A stretch of 64,000 nucleotides of DNA, from positions 93,868,001 to 93,932,000 of the forward strand of contig OX597820.1 in NCBI GenBank assembly GCA_951406725.2. The letters run 5' to 3'. A program made the position numbers and the translations under genes. Source of the stretch: Octopus vulgaris. Lineage: Eukaryota. Every line of letters starts with the position of its first letter. Positions within the stretch are counted from its first letter, which is position 1. Below, piece by piece: positions 26,893 through 44,449 of the stretch. A model generated the notes under the pieces. The model did not search any database. It worked only from the letters and a program-made list of their open reading frames with translations, and was not told the DNA's origin.

Positions 26893-27055
26893 GACGGGCT
26901 TCTTTCAGTTTCCATCTACAAAATCCACTTACAAGCTTTTGATCGGGCCGAGACTATAGTAGAAGCCACTTGCCCAAGGTGCCACGCAGTAGGACTGAAC
27001 CAGGAACCATGTGGTTGAGAGGCAAGCTTCTGATCACAAAGCCACTCCTGCGTCT
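26673..27055 (-). mobile_element. SINE family A
   Basis: GGCCATGCTGGAGCACC...GCCACTCCTGCGTC (head, reverse). Confidence 0.88.
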
Positions 27056-27192
27056 ATATATATGTATTTATATATATATATATATGAAATTGTTATGATT
27101 TTTTAACGATAACTGATGAGGAAAGAGCATGTCCATGTTTTGTGTGCGAATTTTCCGTGTGTTCTTTTGCCATCTTTCTGTGCAATCTTTGA

Positions 27193-27278
<86 letters not shown>

Positions 27279-27954
27279 TTATCTATCGATCTATCACCTA
27301 GCAAAGTCGATTACTGTTCATCATGTAATCTAAATTTATGGACGATCTCTTAATCCACTGATGAAACTTGATACGAGAGGAAAGCTTCTCCATAATGTGA
27401 ACATATATGCAGCATACTCTGTGAATACAATAGGCTTAATTGTCACTTGGCTCCATCTCAAATGTTGCACTGTTTGATTTAAGGAGATCTCCTGAGACAA
27501 TTATTATCGTAGTTACTGTTGAAAACTTTGTATTTATTAGAACAAAGTTGAACACATTCCAAAGAATGTTACTCTCTGCAGTCACATGATCTGCTTAGAA
27601 ATAACAGCCAATTAGCCCGCTAATCAAATTCTAACATCGTGAAAAATAATGTGATGCATGAAAAATGTAAAGCTGGATTTACTATACATTGAAAAAAGTA
27701 ATTGTGAGTTGGTGATAGTTGGAACACCTGTTTAAAGTTGAGGAGTCCACACTTTAGTTATTCGTGTTTAGTTGCTTGACCGATCACATATGCAACAATT
27801 AGGGAGCCTCGTGTGGTTGTTCGGTTTACTAGAAATACCAATCATGCATCCTTCAAACGATATCTTACTATCTGCAGAGGGCACAGCATAAAGAAGGATA
27901 TTCATGGTGGTGTTCCAGCACGACTGCAGCCATTTGGCTGAAACGCATAAAAAA

Positions 27955-29744
<1,790 letters not shown>

Positions 29745-29747
<3 letters not shown>

Positions 29748-29966
29748 TGTGTGTGTTTGTCTGTCTGTGTTTGTCCCCTAGCATTGCTTGACAACCGATG
29801 CTGGTGTGTTTATGTCCCCGTTACCTAGCGGTTCGGCAAAAGAGACCGATAGAATAAGTACTGGGCTTACAAAAGAATAAGTCTCGGGGTCGAGTTGCTC
29901 GATTAAAGGCGGTGCTCCAGCATGGCCGCAGTCAAATGACTGAAACAAGTAAAAGAGTAAAAGAGT

Positions 29967-29967
<1 letters not shown>
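29745..29967 (+). mobile_element. SINE family A, 3' half
   Basis: TTGTCCCCTAGCATTGCTTGACAACCG...ACTGAAACAAGTAAAAGAGTAAAAGAG. Confidence 0.9.
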
Positions 29968-30025
<58 letters not shown>

Positions 30026-30804
30026 CATTCGTTTTGGTACATGCATTGACATTTAATTGTATGGAATATATAAGCATGCCTAAACACACGCGCGCACTCA
30101 CATATTAACCTTCATGCATACAAATTTCTACAGATATATATTCCCATAGATAAAGCATACACATGCTAAGTACACATACACACACATACACATATACACA
30201 CACAAGTATACAAAGGCACATACATGCACATAGAAATATGCACAAACGTGGGCTCGACAATAAAAATGAGACCCTAAAGAGTTAAATATAATGTGAGTGA
30301 GGTAGGAGGCGGAGTGAATGAGCGTCATTATTTTTAAATAGTTGAATCTGTCTTTAGTTGTCATAGTCTTTGCATTTGTCACATGTTCTATTCCACCATC
30401 GCTACCGCCGCTGCTGCTGCCGCCATCGTTGTCGTCATCGTCATCAATGAGTTAACCCAGGAAATCTCTGGGTTTTTTTCCCGCTCAGTCTGCTAGAAAT
30501 AGTAACCAAATTTCACTCGAATCACGCCCTGTAGTTTTAAGTAAAAGAATGATTAAAATTAGATGATGTAGTTCTAAGACATACATACGCACACAAACGA
30601 CGAGATGGTCATGGATAGACAGCCTTTGATCGTAGATCTAAGCAATCAGGGCTGATAGGCAGCGAAACAACAACACCAACAACTAGTAATATTAACATGA
30701 GCCCCATGACAACCTACAGCAATACTAACACTTACAAGTCTACCAACGCCCATACCTATACATTTATTATAGACGACTTCTACCATCTTGGCACACGGCT
30801 ACTA

Positions 30805-31621
30805 GCATCATCATCATCACCACCACCATCATCATCATCATCATCATGGTCATCGGCATCACCACTATCATCACCATCGAAACTGTTACAAATATAATTT
30901 CTCACTACTACTACTACTACTACTATATTCGCCAAACTGTAGTAGCGCTTTCTCTACTACCACTGGCAGCGTTATCGAAACCGACAGTAGTAGAGAGTTC
31001 TACTACTACTAAAACTACTACTACAATCACCGTTACCGACCACGACAGTAGCATAGTCGGCACTAATGTCATCATCACCATCATCATCGTCGTCTTCATT
31101 ATCGTCGCCGTTGTCGTCATCGTTACTACCAATTCTTTATCGTAAGCAACATCACATCTATCGCCGACATCTTCATCCTTATTTACCGTAAACTACTACA
31201 CTTCAACCAAGAAGAACTGCCGCCGTCAACATCATCAGAAGCGTTACCGTCTCTCCTCGACAAATCCACCACCACCACCACCATCATCATCATCACCACC
31301 ATCATCATCATAACATCATCATCATCACCATCATCATCATCATAACATCATCATCATCATCACCATCATCATAACATCATCATCAACATCATCACCATCA
31401 TCATCATCATAACATCATCATCATCATCATCATCATCATCATAACATCATAACATCATCATCATCATCATCACCATCATCATCATCATAACAAAATCGAC
31501 AACACAAACTTCAACAGCACGATTATCATCATCATCACTGTCTTCAACATCATTAACAACACTGTTCTCAATCACCACCGTCAGTCACCACCATCAACAC
31601 TATCACTGTCACAACAACCAC

Positions 31622-31655
<34 letters not shown>

Positions 31656-31830
31656 GTCATCATCATTAATCACCTTAAACCATCCCACCTCTACAACTGT
31701 CATCACCATCACAAGTTAACCGATTCCACACTACTACAAACTACTACAAACGCTGTTTCCATCACCACCACTACCACCACCAACAACCCCCACCCCCACC
31801 ACTACTACTACTACTACCACCACCACTATC
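30805..31830. repeat. degenerate (CAT/CAC/TAC)n low-complexity region
   Basis: Long CAT arrays with AAC/CAC variants, purest at 31266-31490. Confidence 0.85.
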
Positions 31831-31938
31831 TTTGTTTTGATGCATCACTATCATCTTATCACCAAAAAAAAGCCCCACCACTATCACCACCAGCATCTGA
31901 AAATGGTGTAACACAAAAAAAAAAACTATCAGTAAAAG

Positions 31939-32002
<64 letters not shown>

Positions 32003-33301
32003 TTAATAGTAGTAGTAATAGTAGTAGTAGTAGTAGTAATAGTAGTAGTAATAGTAGTAGCAGCAACGACATGGGTAGTGGTGGCGACGATTCAATGTAA
32101 AGATGTAATTCACGATGATGATGCTTGTGGTGGTGGTGGTGGTGGTAGTGATAGTTGTTGATAGCACTACTGTTATAGGTGAGTTTAGCCCTAGGTCAAT
32201 TTTTCCTCCCTCTTTCCCAAAGAAAGCAGAGTTTGATTTTTAAGGGTATGGAATTTGGCTGCTATTTCTACTGCGTTGAACAACAACGTGTAGAGGTTCC
32301 CTTGTTGGTGACAGAGTGGTTTGTGATGGCGGTGGTAGTCACGTTAAAGTGGACGGTGGTGGTGATGATGGTTGCAGTAATGGTGGTAGTGGTAGCGGCT
32401 CAATGGTAGTGATGTATATTTTGATAACGATGATGATGGCGATGAATCTATTTGTAATAGTGTTTGATATAGTGACACTAATGATGACGATGATGATGAT
32501 GATGATGGCATCTGGTACAGTAGAAGAATGTTGATATCGTTTAGCCCCAGGTCAGCCCTGATACACTAGAGCTATGATTAAAGGCATTCTAACTATGATC
32601 CTCTCACCCGTTTTTTTTTTAAATATCGGTAACAGCATCATCAACTGTTTATTTCTCTCTATAAATCTATAGGATGTTATATGAGAGATATTCGGTTGCT
32701 ATTTCAAGCAGATTGGACGACAATATAACAGGTTCCCCACGCGTTGGTTCCAGATGCAGTTGTAGTTGTTGTTATTGTTGACAGTGGTGGCAATGGTTGT
32801 GATGGTAGCGGTGGTGATGTTTCTGGTGGTAACGCGAGGTGAACAGTAGCATTTTATTTCGCCAGAAGATGTAGGTCGCAGTGAACGATAGCGCGAAGAA
32901 AGATTGGATGATGATGATGATGATGATGATGGAGATGGTAGTGGTGATGTTGTTGTTGTTGGTCGTCTTGGTGGTGGTGGTGGTGGTTAGTGAGTAGCGG
33001 AGGGAGGAGTAGTAGAGAAAGAAAAAAGAAAGAGAGAGAGAGAGAGAGGGGAGAGAGAAGAGAGTCTGGCGAAGATTACGAAGATAAGAGCTTGTCTCAG
33101 AGAATGTTGAAGAATGGATCGGAAGCAGGTGAAGCTGGATTGGTATGGATCCAATGCCGTTAGGATGACATAACTGCAGCAAATACATGTTCTGTTGCAG
33201 GCAAGACCCAGAGTAGTGATAGTGGTGGTGGTGGTGGTGTTTGTGGTGGTGATGGCAGATGAAGTAGTTAGCTAGCTCTGCACTAAGGTGGCAGTGAAGG
33301 A

Positions 33302-33341
<40 letters not shown>

Positions 33342-33384
33342 AGCAACGGAACGAGAAAGAGAAAGAAAAGACAGCATGGGAATT

Positions 33385-33416
<32 letters not shown>

Positions 33417-34009
33417 GAGAGAGAAGGGGGAAGGAATGATATTGGTAAATGTAAGGGGGTGGGGTAGTTGAGTTGAGAAGAGTTGAGTAAAGTAGAATAA
33501 AGTGGGGAAATGGAGAGGTGTTATGAGTAATGGGTAGACGTGAGGGTGGTAGGGATCTTTCTCCCAAAGAGTTTTTGGGAAATTATTAGCAATAATGATG
33601 GAGTGAAGGTAGGTGGGGGAGTGACAACAAAAAAGTGAACAGCAAATGACAATTCTAACTTTATAATAAGGATCGCTAGGAGAGAGAGAGAGAGGGAGGG
33701 GGGTAAAAAAGGAGGGAGAGTCAGAGGAAGAGCAAGAAAGAGGTTGGAAAGGGGGGGGCAGGTAGAGATAAGAGGATGTAGAGAAGAGATGTAGATAATA
33801 CACTCACAAATAAATCATGTATGTATAAGATAAAATAAACAGATAAGCAGAACGATGGTATATAAATACAGAAGATAAATATATAGATGGGTGAGGAGAG
33901 AGAGACAGACCTACAGGCATACAGATAAACAGTGAGAGAGAGAGAGAGAGAGGAGGTGAGGAATAAAAAGAGAAATAGACAGGAAGGCAGGTGGGAAGAA
34001 AAATACATA

Positions 34010-34049
<40 letters not shown>

Positions 34050-34159
34050 GTGTATATGTATACACACACACCCACCCACACACACATATATATATACACA
34101 CACACACACACACGGAGGAGGGAGCAGAAGGGGAAATCAGTACTCATATAATCAGATAG

Positions 34160-34190
<31 letters not shown>

Positions 34191-34913
34191 GATAGATAGA
34201 TAGATAAATGGAAAGATAGATGGAAAGACAGATAAATGGATAGATAGATGGAAAGATAGATGGATAGATAGATGGAAAGATAGATGGATAGATAGATGGA
34301 AAGACAGATGGATAGATAGATAGATGGAAAGATAGATAGATGGATAGATAGATAGATAGATAGACTGATAGACAGGCATACAGATAGGAAGGTACATAAC
34401 TAAATACCTAACTAAATACATACACACAGACAGACAGACAAACAGATAGACGGAAAGACAGAAAGACTGATAGATTGATAGCGAGAGAGAGAGAGAGAAC
34501 GAGAGAGAGAGAGAGAAACAAAGAATTAAGAAAAGAATGAAAATGATCGAAACTAAAGAATGCACATCAAATACATGGTAGAGAAACTGGAGCTGGAGTA
34601 TCAATATGGTGACAGTGACGTCATGTCAACTAGAATACTCACAGACACTAGAACACAACAACAACAACAACAACAACAACAGCAGCAGCACCAGCAGCAA
34701 CAGCGGCAATAGTAGCAGCAGAGTCGATCACATTTTTCATACAGAAGAGTAAAAATTGATAACATAAAATAAATACCATCAAAATCAATAATTAGTAGAT
34801 CAATAAATTACATATTTTTACAAACTCTCACCTCCCCATTACTTTCTTATTCATTCACACATAGAAATACCAATATATACATTCCTATATATATATATAG
34901 GTATGTATATATA

Positions 34914-34944
<31 letters not shown>

Positions 34945-34990
34945 TATCTATCTATCTATCTATCTATATATATATATATATATATATATA

Positions 34991-35125
34991 CTTTATTTTA
35001 AGCAGCAGAAAATTCAACAAAATCTGACAGATTTTGTTGAATTTTCTGCTGCTTAAAATAAAGCATATTACTCTACCACTGGTATTTGAGTACTCTTTTT
35101 TCCACCTTGTTTCACATTTATGTGT
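34991..35125 (+). mobile_element. fold-back element family E: perfect palindrome plus tail, in (TA)n
   Basis: CTTTATTTTAAGCAGCAGAAAATTCAACAAAATCTG-A-CAGATTTTGTTGAATTTTCTGCTGCTTAAAATAAAG, then CATATTACTCTACCACTGGTATTTGAGTACTC... Confidence 0.8.
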
Positions 35126-35132
35126 TTACTCC

Positions 35133-35229
<97 letters not shown>

Positions 35230-35389
35230 ATGTATATGTTCATGCATACATGCATATACATACAAAATACACACGTACATACATATGCATATATACATAT
35301 ACGTATGCATATATATTAACTCCAACATGGCCACAAGCTCTGGCGGAATACGAGAATATAATAGTATAACACATACATACATGCATACA

Positions 35390-35423
<34 letters not shown>

Positions 35424-37211
35424 CATACATGCATACATGCATGCATGCACATATATATTGCACACACATATACTTATGCATATTATATATTACACATGTG
35501 CGTGTGTATGTATGTGTATATATATACATATATTGCACTCACATATGTGGAGGTAGATATTTAAATATGGTTACTGGATGTTAATATATTTATTAATTCG
35601 CAAATGCACTTTTACATGCATACCTGTTTATACATTAAGCATGTATGAACATCCAGATTTATGAGATCCAACAAAAAAGCTCCTAGTTAAGCCCTCAATC
35701 TGCTAGAAGGGACAGTAAATCTCATCAAATCACGTACTACATTCTAAAAGTAAGGAAGGACACATTGGTTAGATTCATTATATGCGAATTAAATAAGGCA
35801 GAATTGTTACGTCTAGGAATACTCTGATCACAGGTTTTTGGTGACCTGGAATTAACCAGCTACTTGTATATAATTGACTCAGTGTTCCATGTGAGTATGT
35901 ACGTATGTTTGTGTATGTATGTATATGTATGTATAAGTGTGATTGTGCATATGTGTGTATAAGAGAATGTATGCATGTATGTGTATATATCTGCAAGAAC
36001 GTACATGTATATGTTCGCATCTGTATATATGTGCGTATGCATATACACCTACAGTCATTTATACATACACATGCACGTGTATCACATTCATACATACTTG
36101 CATACACACTCTTGTACAAACATACATACACACTCTTGTACAAACATACATACATACATGCATGCATACTCAGGTACATGAGTACGTACACTGTATGTTT
36201 AGCAGTATATGTATGTACAGTGAGAATTTTTGAGCAATGTATGTTATCTACATAAATATTTAATGCTACAGAATAATATCACAGAAAGAGTGAGTATAAG
36301 GCGGCGATGACGGTGGAGGTGGGTTAGGTTAAAAGCCGCTTAGTGATATCTGTAGCTGTAGTTTAACCACGGGTCAGTCTTGATCCAGAAGACCCGTGAT
36401 AAAGAAATGCTACAAACGTGATCATCGTTGCATCGCAAAGACTACACTAGCCAATATGTTACTTCCTTTAAAAAGAAGATATAATTTAAAGGGGATTTTG
36501 CAGCAACTTCTAGCGGGTCGAGCAATCGCATAGTGGCTCTTCCGTTGACTGGCTACTGTTGCTATTGTTTGTTCTTGTTCTTTTACGCTTAACTACAATA
36601 AATAAGCGCTCCAACCATGCCTATCGTATCGTTTTGTATCTCAGGGGTTATAATGAAAACGACAGCAGAATTTTATTTTAGGGATAGTTGACTTTTATTT
36701 CTAGTAAGTTAATCCACCACTTAAGGGCTAGCAGGCTGGTTTGTTCTACATAAAGGGACTTGATTTGGAGCTAAAATTTAAACCCTAAATCTTTACAAAG
36801 ATGAAGACAAATTAATAAATAATGTAACAAAACGACAAAAATCATAATAATAACCCAGATATAATCATCATAACTATTATAATTTGAGAATTTGTAATTC
36901 CTAGTTACTAATGATTTTAAAATAATAAAATAGAATTTTTTCAATTTCATAAATTGGCCTAGTTAATCTGTAACTCTCGCTCACACAGACACACACATAT
37001 ACATTGACGTGTGTGTGTATGCTTGCGTGCGTGAATATGTATGTATATATAGATACATACAGATATATGCATATACGCGTATGTGCATGTATGTGAGAGA
37101 AATACAGTTATACTTATAGTATGTATGCTTGAATGCATAAATTATGTATGTTTGCTCCCACACATACAAATTGCCACTGAGGTAATACTGAAGATATGTG
37201 TGTGTGTGTGC

Positions 37212-37258
<47 letters not shown>

Positions 37259-37560
37259 AAAGTGTTACTTCATGTGTGAATACACTACCATATTCTAATA
37301 TATGCACTATATATGAATAAGTACACACATATACATGTCTAGATATGTAGTTGTATCTATATGTTTATCTATGTGTGTGTGTGTGGAAATATACATCCAT
37401 GGATGTATATTTTATCTTCCATCCAGATATGAAAGTATCTACACTTAATTTTACTTGCATGTATGCACACATATTTAAGTGCGTGCACCTACGCGTGCAA
37501 ATGTATATGTGGGTTTACCTGAATGCATTACGTGCCTACACACATTATGCACACACACAG

Positions 37561-37618
<58 letters not shown>

Positions 37619-37977
37619 GAATGTATGTATATATATTTTTTTCAGCATGACAGTGTTATATATGTTGTATGAGAGAGCATTTTTGGAAATGTCTTTTTCT
37701 ACCTTACTTAAACACACTCACATAAGTCGCGCACGCGCGAATACAGATAGCTAATTAAATGTACTATTGAATTAATTTCAATACATTTTACACTTCATAC
37801 ATTACAACCATAAACTTACAACTTGAGTATTGAAAAGAGCAACAGAACCTATATAGCCAAATGGTTAATGTATGCAAGGAGCGTGTTCGGAAATGGAATT
37901 ATAACCAATGTGTTCGCACACAGACACACACATATACATATGTGTACATATACAGAATGATACATTCACGCATACTA

Positions 37978-38009
<32 letters not shown>

Positions 38010-38297
38010 GCACATCGACTATGCATAAAGAATCGTGCTATTCTTGAAATCACGAGATTCATATTGAACATTTACGTTAAGTAAATCAGTCTTTTAGTTT
38101 TTGGCTTTCACTGTCTTCTTTTTAAGCCGACTTTATCACCGTTACCAGTGTTGTTGCATCTGTTGTTGTTGTCCTGCTTTTGGTTATTTTCTTTACTTTT
38201 AGATTTTAATTAATGATTTGTAAATCACTCCGTTTCTCTCGCCATCCCTCCCTCTTTTTGTCACACCTTTCACGCGCGCAAATAATTAGATAGTTAG

Positions 38298-38401
<104 letters not shown>

Positions 38402-38423
38402 GTAGATAGATGGAGAGATAGAT

Positions 38424-38509
<86 letters not shown>

Positions 38510-39007
38510 GCAGATAGATAGAAAAATGGATAGGTCTATAATAAAGAGACAGATAGATATATAGATAAATAGAAAGATAGATAACTAAATGGATATCTAG
38601 ATAGATACATATAAAGATAGATAAATGCATGGATGGATAGACAGACAGACCGGTAGATAGACAGACAGATAGATAATGTAAAATTTCTAGCCACATCTCG
38701 TGTTCAAATTTTCCTCTTTTGTATTAACCATTATACGGTGATGTAATAATTATAATAGATTTGAGGCAAATACAGAAATTATTCATTCAAGCATATATTT
38801 TATAACTACATAGACATATAATACACACAACTGTTTGTCAGTAGTAGATTCACAGTGTTCTTACATTACTTTTGTCATATAACAATATCTCCCAGACAAG
38901 CAGCAAGATGAATTATTAATAAAATTCGCTGCTTGTCACCATTATATCTCTCAATTTATATATAATGTATGTATGTAGGTATGTATGTATGTATTTATTC
39001 ACTTACC

Positions 39008-39077
<70 letters not shown>

Positions 39078-39177
39078 CATCTATCCATCTAGATAGATAG
39101 ATAGATAGATAGATAGATGAATATCTGTCTCTGTGTGTACCTCTCTCTCTCTTACACTTTCCTCTTCAATCTATCTA

Positions 39178-39214
<37 letters not shown>

Positions 39215-39535
39215 CCTATCTATCTATCCCTCAATCGATATATCCAGAAACCTACCTACCTACCTACCTACCTACCAACCTACCTAACTACCTACCTACC
39301 TACCTACCTACCTACCTACCTACCTATTTATCAGATACTTGCAATTCCATAGAAGCAAAATCACGCACAGAGACATATACACACACTCCTTATAGATTAA
39401 TATATGTAAATATTTTTTCTAGTCATCTATCTGTCCATCGTTATACAGTATCATCAAATTCTGGCATCTAGATAAAAGAAATCATCTCCTAGCAATTTTA
39501 CCTTCCGTCTTCCCCCAGATATGTATGAGTGTGAA

Positions 39536-39620
<85 letters not shown>

Positions 39621-40324
39621 ATCTCCATTAAATCAATTTGTGGGTGCTTATATATATATATTTCTGTGTTTGTAAAATCTGTCTCCATAACTCAACCAAC
39701 GGAAATATTGAGATAAATAAGGAAAGATTCAAGTCTTGAGTTGAGATAGCTGATTAGGACGTCGATGGAGCCAGATGGAAATGACGGGGATGATGATGAA
39801 GAAGATGATGACGACGACGTCGAAGACGATGATGATGTCGACAGTCAAAATGATGACAACGATGACGACGGTGATGATGATGATGATGATAATGATGATG
39901 ATGATGGTTTATAATGATCGGTGATGAAAAATACGAGGCGATCTTTAGTATTAGCGCCGTTCATCAAACTATGCTATCACATCGTCGTTGAAACAATAAA
40001 CCACAGAAAAACAACAGAGCTACACTACTACTAATAACAAGAGGAAGAACAAGCACGATAACAAAAACAACACCAATAATAATAACAATAATGGTTGTAC
40101 TGATAACAGTAATAAAATTAGCAAGTGTTTAGCGAGAAAATTAGTCAGAAAATTCAACGATAATGAAATTCTTCAATACTAAGTATTTCCACCAATTTTT
40201 TTTATTTCAAGTGTTGCAGACATCGGTCGTAAATGTTTTCTGATACCTTTTGGTAGGAATTACATATTCCCCCATCAACAACTGGTTAGCAATTACATCG
40301 TCAGTGTGCATGTGTGCGTGCGTT

Positions 40325-40365
<41 letters not shown>

Positions 40366-40500
40366 ATGCACATATAACAGGCCGAAACTGTAATGAAAAT
40401 TAGGAACTTGACTGATGAATAGAAGGCCACGAATGATCCGTCCTGGTTTTTCCTGTCCGTATGTTTTTATTGCCGTCCGCTATGTTCTCATTCCATTTTT

Positions 40501-40559
<59 letters not shown>

Positions 40560-40743
40560 GTATGTAACATTCATATTATAGAAGCACATCCATATACGTA
40601 CAAATATATATTTATATGAATATATACATACATATATACACATATCATCATTATATATATGTACATTTAGTACATTTAGAAATATGTGTGCATGAGAGTT
40701 TATTATATATACATGCATATACATATATGAATGTATATTAATG

Positions 40744-40795
<52 letters not shown>

Positions 40796-42515
40796 AGATA
40801 AGAAAATGGAGATCCCATGGAGGGTTGCATTTACAACCCCTATCTCAATTTGTATATATATATGTATATATATATAGCTTTACATGCATGCATACATATA
40901 TACATTCATATGCATATACATACATACACAGACACACATGTATATACATATATTATGTATGTGTGTGTGTGTGTGTATTTACTGCACGAAACTGTAATGT
41001 TTGTGACTGCTTCCCCTATGGCAAATAAGACTGTAGTGACAACAACAACAACTACATCAACAGCAGCAGCAGCAGCAGCAGTAGCAGCAGCAGCAGCAGT
41101 AGCAGCAGCAGCAGCAGTAGCAGCAACATCAACAAGCATCACTATTACTAGCATCGCCGTCAATATCTGACCTCTTTATTTATTAATTTTATCTAGTTAT
41201 TCAACTATTTATTTATTTAAATTGCTTTTTTTTAAAAGAGACTTTCAAGCTGTGAGTGTTGAAAGTGCAGCCACAATTAAGATCGGGCAAAATTGTTTAA
41301 ATATTTATGATTGAAAAATGTTGCCGCTGCTACCGCTGTTTGTCTGGTTGTTGTTGTTGTTGTTGTTGTTGTAGTTGCTACATTGTTATTGTCATTCATC
41401 ATGATCATCATCATCATCATCATCATCATCATCGTCGTCGTCGTCGTCGTCATCATCTCCATTATCATCATCGTCACCAGGGTTATTTCGTGTTTCTTTC
41501 ATTGATTTGAGGTTTTATGTGCGACTATGTATAAGATGAGGAGCGGAAAAGTGAATGAAAGACCAAATGTTTGCATACATATATACATATATGCATACAT
41601 ACATACATGCATACATATATATACATACATGCATATATGCATACATACGCACACAGGCACACATACATACAGGACAAGGCATAAATAATGGTCATTACAT
41701 ATTACTTTATGTACCTACATACACATACATATATATATACATATACAGACACACACATATGTGTGCATATGTGCGTTTGCATGTATATGAATGTGAGACA
41801 GACTGATATAAAATATGTGTCACTGTGTACTTATACATACATATTGAATATATGTGTGTGTGTGTGTATGTGTAAGGCGTGTGTCGTCTAAGAGACCATA
41901 AGTACATTTCGGATAATATATGTGTCTATGTATGTATGGATGGATCTGGGACAAGGAAAATGAGCGAGTGTGTGTATGCTTCTGTGTGTTTATATATGCG
42001 TGTGTGTGTGTGTGTGCGTGTGAATATGTGTATGCACGAGATGGCTTCCAGAATATCAGTCTGTTAAATTTGTTCCGGTGATGTGCCACTATAGAATACG
42101 TCTTTGCTACCGAAGTGCACGAACGACATCAAACTAGCTGCAACAACTAGTAGATGAAGAACTATATCACAAGACTTAGGTGTATGAATTAGCACCGACA
42201 CACACGCACACACACACACACACACACTCACACACACACACATACATGTACACATGTATAATTCTTGTAGTTTTTTTTTCTGTTTAAAAATGTAGGGGAA
42301 AAAAATCGAAAAATCTCGGGTAAAATCCTCGATTTCTAAACAAACAAATGGATATAATTCTATTTAAAAGGCATGAATAAATAAATAAATATGACTCTTT
42401 CAAGACTGTACAGCCATATTTCCTTCTTTATAGAATTTGCCAAAGATGTGAATTGCAAACTGCATAGGAAAGGAAACCAGATTGGTCTTGTAAGAGTGAG
42501 TGCATGTATATATAT

Positions 42516-42556
<41 letters not shown>

Positions 42557-42558
42557 AT

Positions 42559-42595
<37 letters not shown>

Positions 42596-42693
42596 ATACA
42601 CACACACACATATAAGCAATGTTTTACAACACCAACAACGGTTAGAAGAAGAAGAAGAAGAAGAAGAAGAAGAAGAAGAAGAAGAAGAAGAAG

Positions 42694-42855
42694 AATGTTT
42701 TCTACTAAAGGCACACAAGGCCTGAAATTTGTGGGGAGGGGACTAGTCGATAACACTGGCCCCAGTACATAACTGGTACTTAATTTATCGCCCCCGAATG
42801 GATGTAAGGCAAGATCGACCTTGGTGGAATTTGAACTTAGAATTCACCGCCTACA
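42694..42855 (-). mobile_element. SINE family B (internally deleted)
   Basis: TTTCTACTAAAGGCACACAAGGCCTGAAATT...CCCCGAATGGATG...GGAATTTGAACT. Confidence 0.8.
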
Positions 42856-43252
42856 CATAATTATAATACTACTTTTGACCATCCACTCGGAGTTTAACCA
42901 TAACAACAACAACAAGAGCAGCAGCATCGGTAACAAAACAAAGAACAAACGACAGTAGCCACACCAATGATGATGATACTTTCGTGAAACTCCAAAGAGA
43001 CAGTCTAGAGTATGACATGATTGCCGAAGCCCACTGTAGTCATAAAGGAGTTAGGAAAAAGTTAAACGATGTTTTGGTGTTCATGCATTTCCCTGAGGTC
43101 TTTGAGTTGAATCACTTTTTCAATGAGGTCTTTTTTTTTTTGTCCTGATGTGGCTGATAAATGAACGTTTTATTTGGCTTGTGAATGTGTATGTATGTTT
43201 GTGTGTGTTTCTATGCATGTGAGCATGTGCGTGTCAATGCATGAGTGCCAGA

Positions 43253-43287
<35 letters not shown>

Positions 43288-43867
43288 TAAGAAAGAGAGA
43301 GAAAAGGAAAAAGAGAAATACACATGTGTGTATAATGTGTGCAAGCTAATATGTATTAATGTGTATGTGTGTAAAGATCTGTGCTTGACAGAGTGTGTGT
43401 ATGTGTGTATGTCTGTGAGCGTTAGTATATACTAGTGGGGAAATGTGTATAATTACACATGGGTCCTGGTGATACACATACAAATATACATATAACAAAG
43501 TGTGTGTATATATGTGAAAATATGTATACATGTATGATTGTGTATGCGTGAAAGCGTGTTATTGTTTACACCCAGGTCATCCATAATCGAGTACACTTAT
43601 GATCAAAGGCATTCCAACCATATCCAACCTGACATCTTTTTTACATTATTCAATGTGTCCCATATTTAAAACGGTGGGATGTGATATGATGTGATATGAA
43701 GAGATTTGGGTTGATATTTCTAGCGAGCTAAGTGACCATACAGAGGTTTCCTTTTTGGTTCATTCTTAGCTGTGCAAGTTGGTGCGTGTGTGTTTATGTT
43801 TGTGTTGTGTGTGTGTATGCGCGGGAGATTGTGTGGGTACATGATGTTTCAGCATCCATTCGTGACC

Positions 43868-43916
<49 letters not shown>

Positions 43917-43918
<2 letters not shown>

Positions 43919-44290
43919 CTTCCCAACCACATAGTTCCAGGTTCACTTCCACTGCACGGTACCTTCCACTATAGCCTCCGCCCGACCAAAGCCTTGTGAG
44001 TGGGTTTTGTAGATGGAAACTGAAAGAAGCATGTCACGCGCGCGCGTGTGTGTGCGTGTATGTATGCTTATATGTATGTACCGATGTGTGTGTGTGTGTG
44101 TTCCTCCTACCACCACCACCGCTTGACAACCGGCGGTGATGTATTTACGTCCCGTAAGTTAGCGCTTCAGCAAAATAGATCGATAGAATAACTGCTTGGC
44201 TTTAAAAAAAAGAAGTACTGGTGTACTAAAAATTCTTCAAGGCGGTGGCCCCAGGATGGCTGCAGTTTAATGACTGAAACAAGTAAAAGA
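43917..44290 (+). mobile_element. SINE family A
   Basis: AGCTTCCCAACCACATAGTTCC...ATGACTGAAACAAGTAAAAGA. Confidence 0.85.
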
Positions 44291-44370
44291 TGCGTGTGTG
44301 TATGTATGTATGTATGTATGTATGTATGTATGTATGTATGTACGTTTGTGCATGTATATATGGAACTTAC

Positions 44371-44449
44371 CTTCGTTACTGGTTGGTGTAGGGTCAGCAG
44401 GTGGTTCCGAAGGACTCCTGTTTGGAGCGGGTCCATCCATATTTTCCAT
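44371..44449 (-). CDS. candidate first coding exon of an unidentified gene (MENMDGPAPNRSPSEPPADPTPTSNE, phase-1 intron)
   Basis: Non-repetitive GC-richer island; ATG in acactATGG context; open frame ends at perfect donor GAAG|GTAAGT; candidate upstream acceptor CTTATTTTATTCCAG| at ~44910. Confidence 0.5.

Noticed and set aside
32772-33803. 343-aa minus-strand ORF
   Set aside because: Mosaic of (CT)n, (CAC)n and (TTTC)n repeats with no domain; open because of base composition
34610-34628. Perfect CRE TGACGTCA flanked by TGACA/TGTCA; another CRE at 2730-2737
   Set aside because: One or two 8-mer hits in 64 kb are within chance expectation
39765-39914. 49-aa Asp-rich ORF (MEPDGNDGDDDEED...), superficially like acidic biomineralisation proteins
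   Set aside because: No signal peptide or splice context; best explained as a decayed (GAT)n repeat
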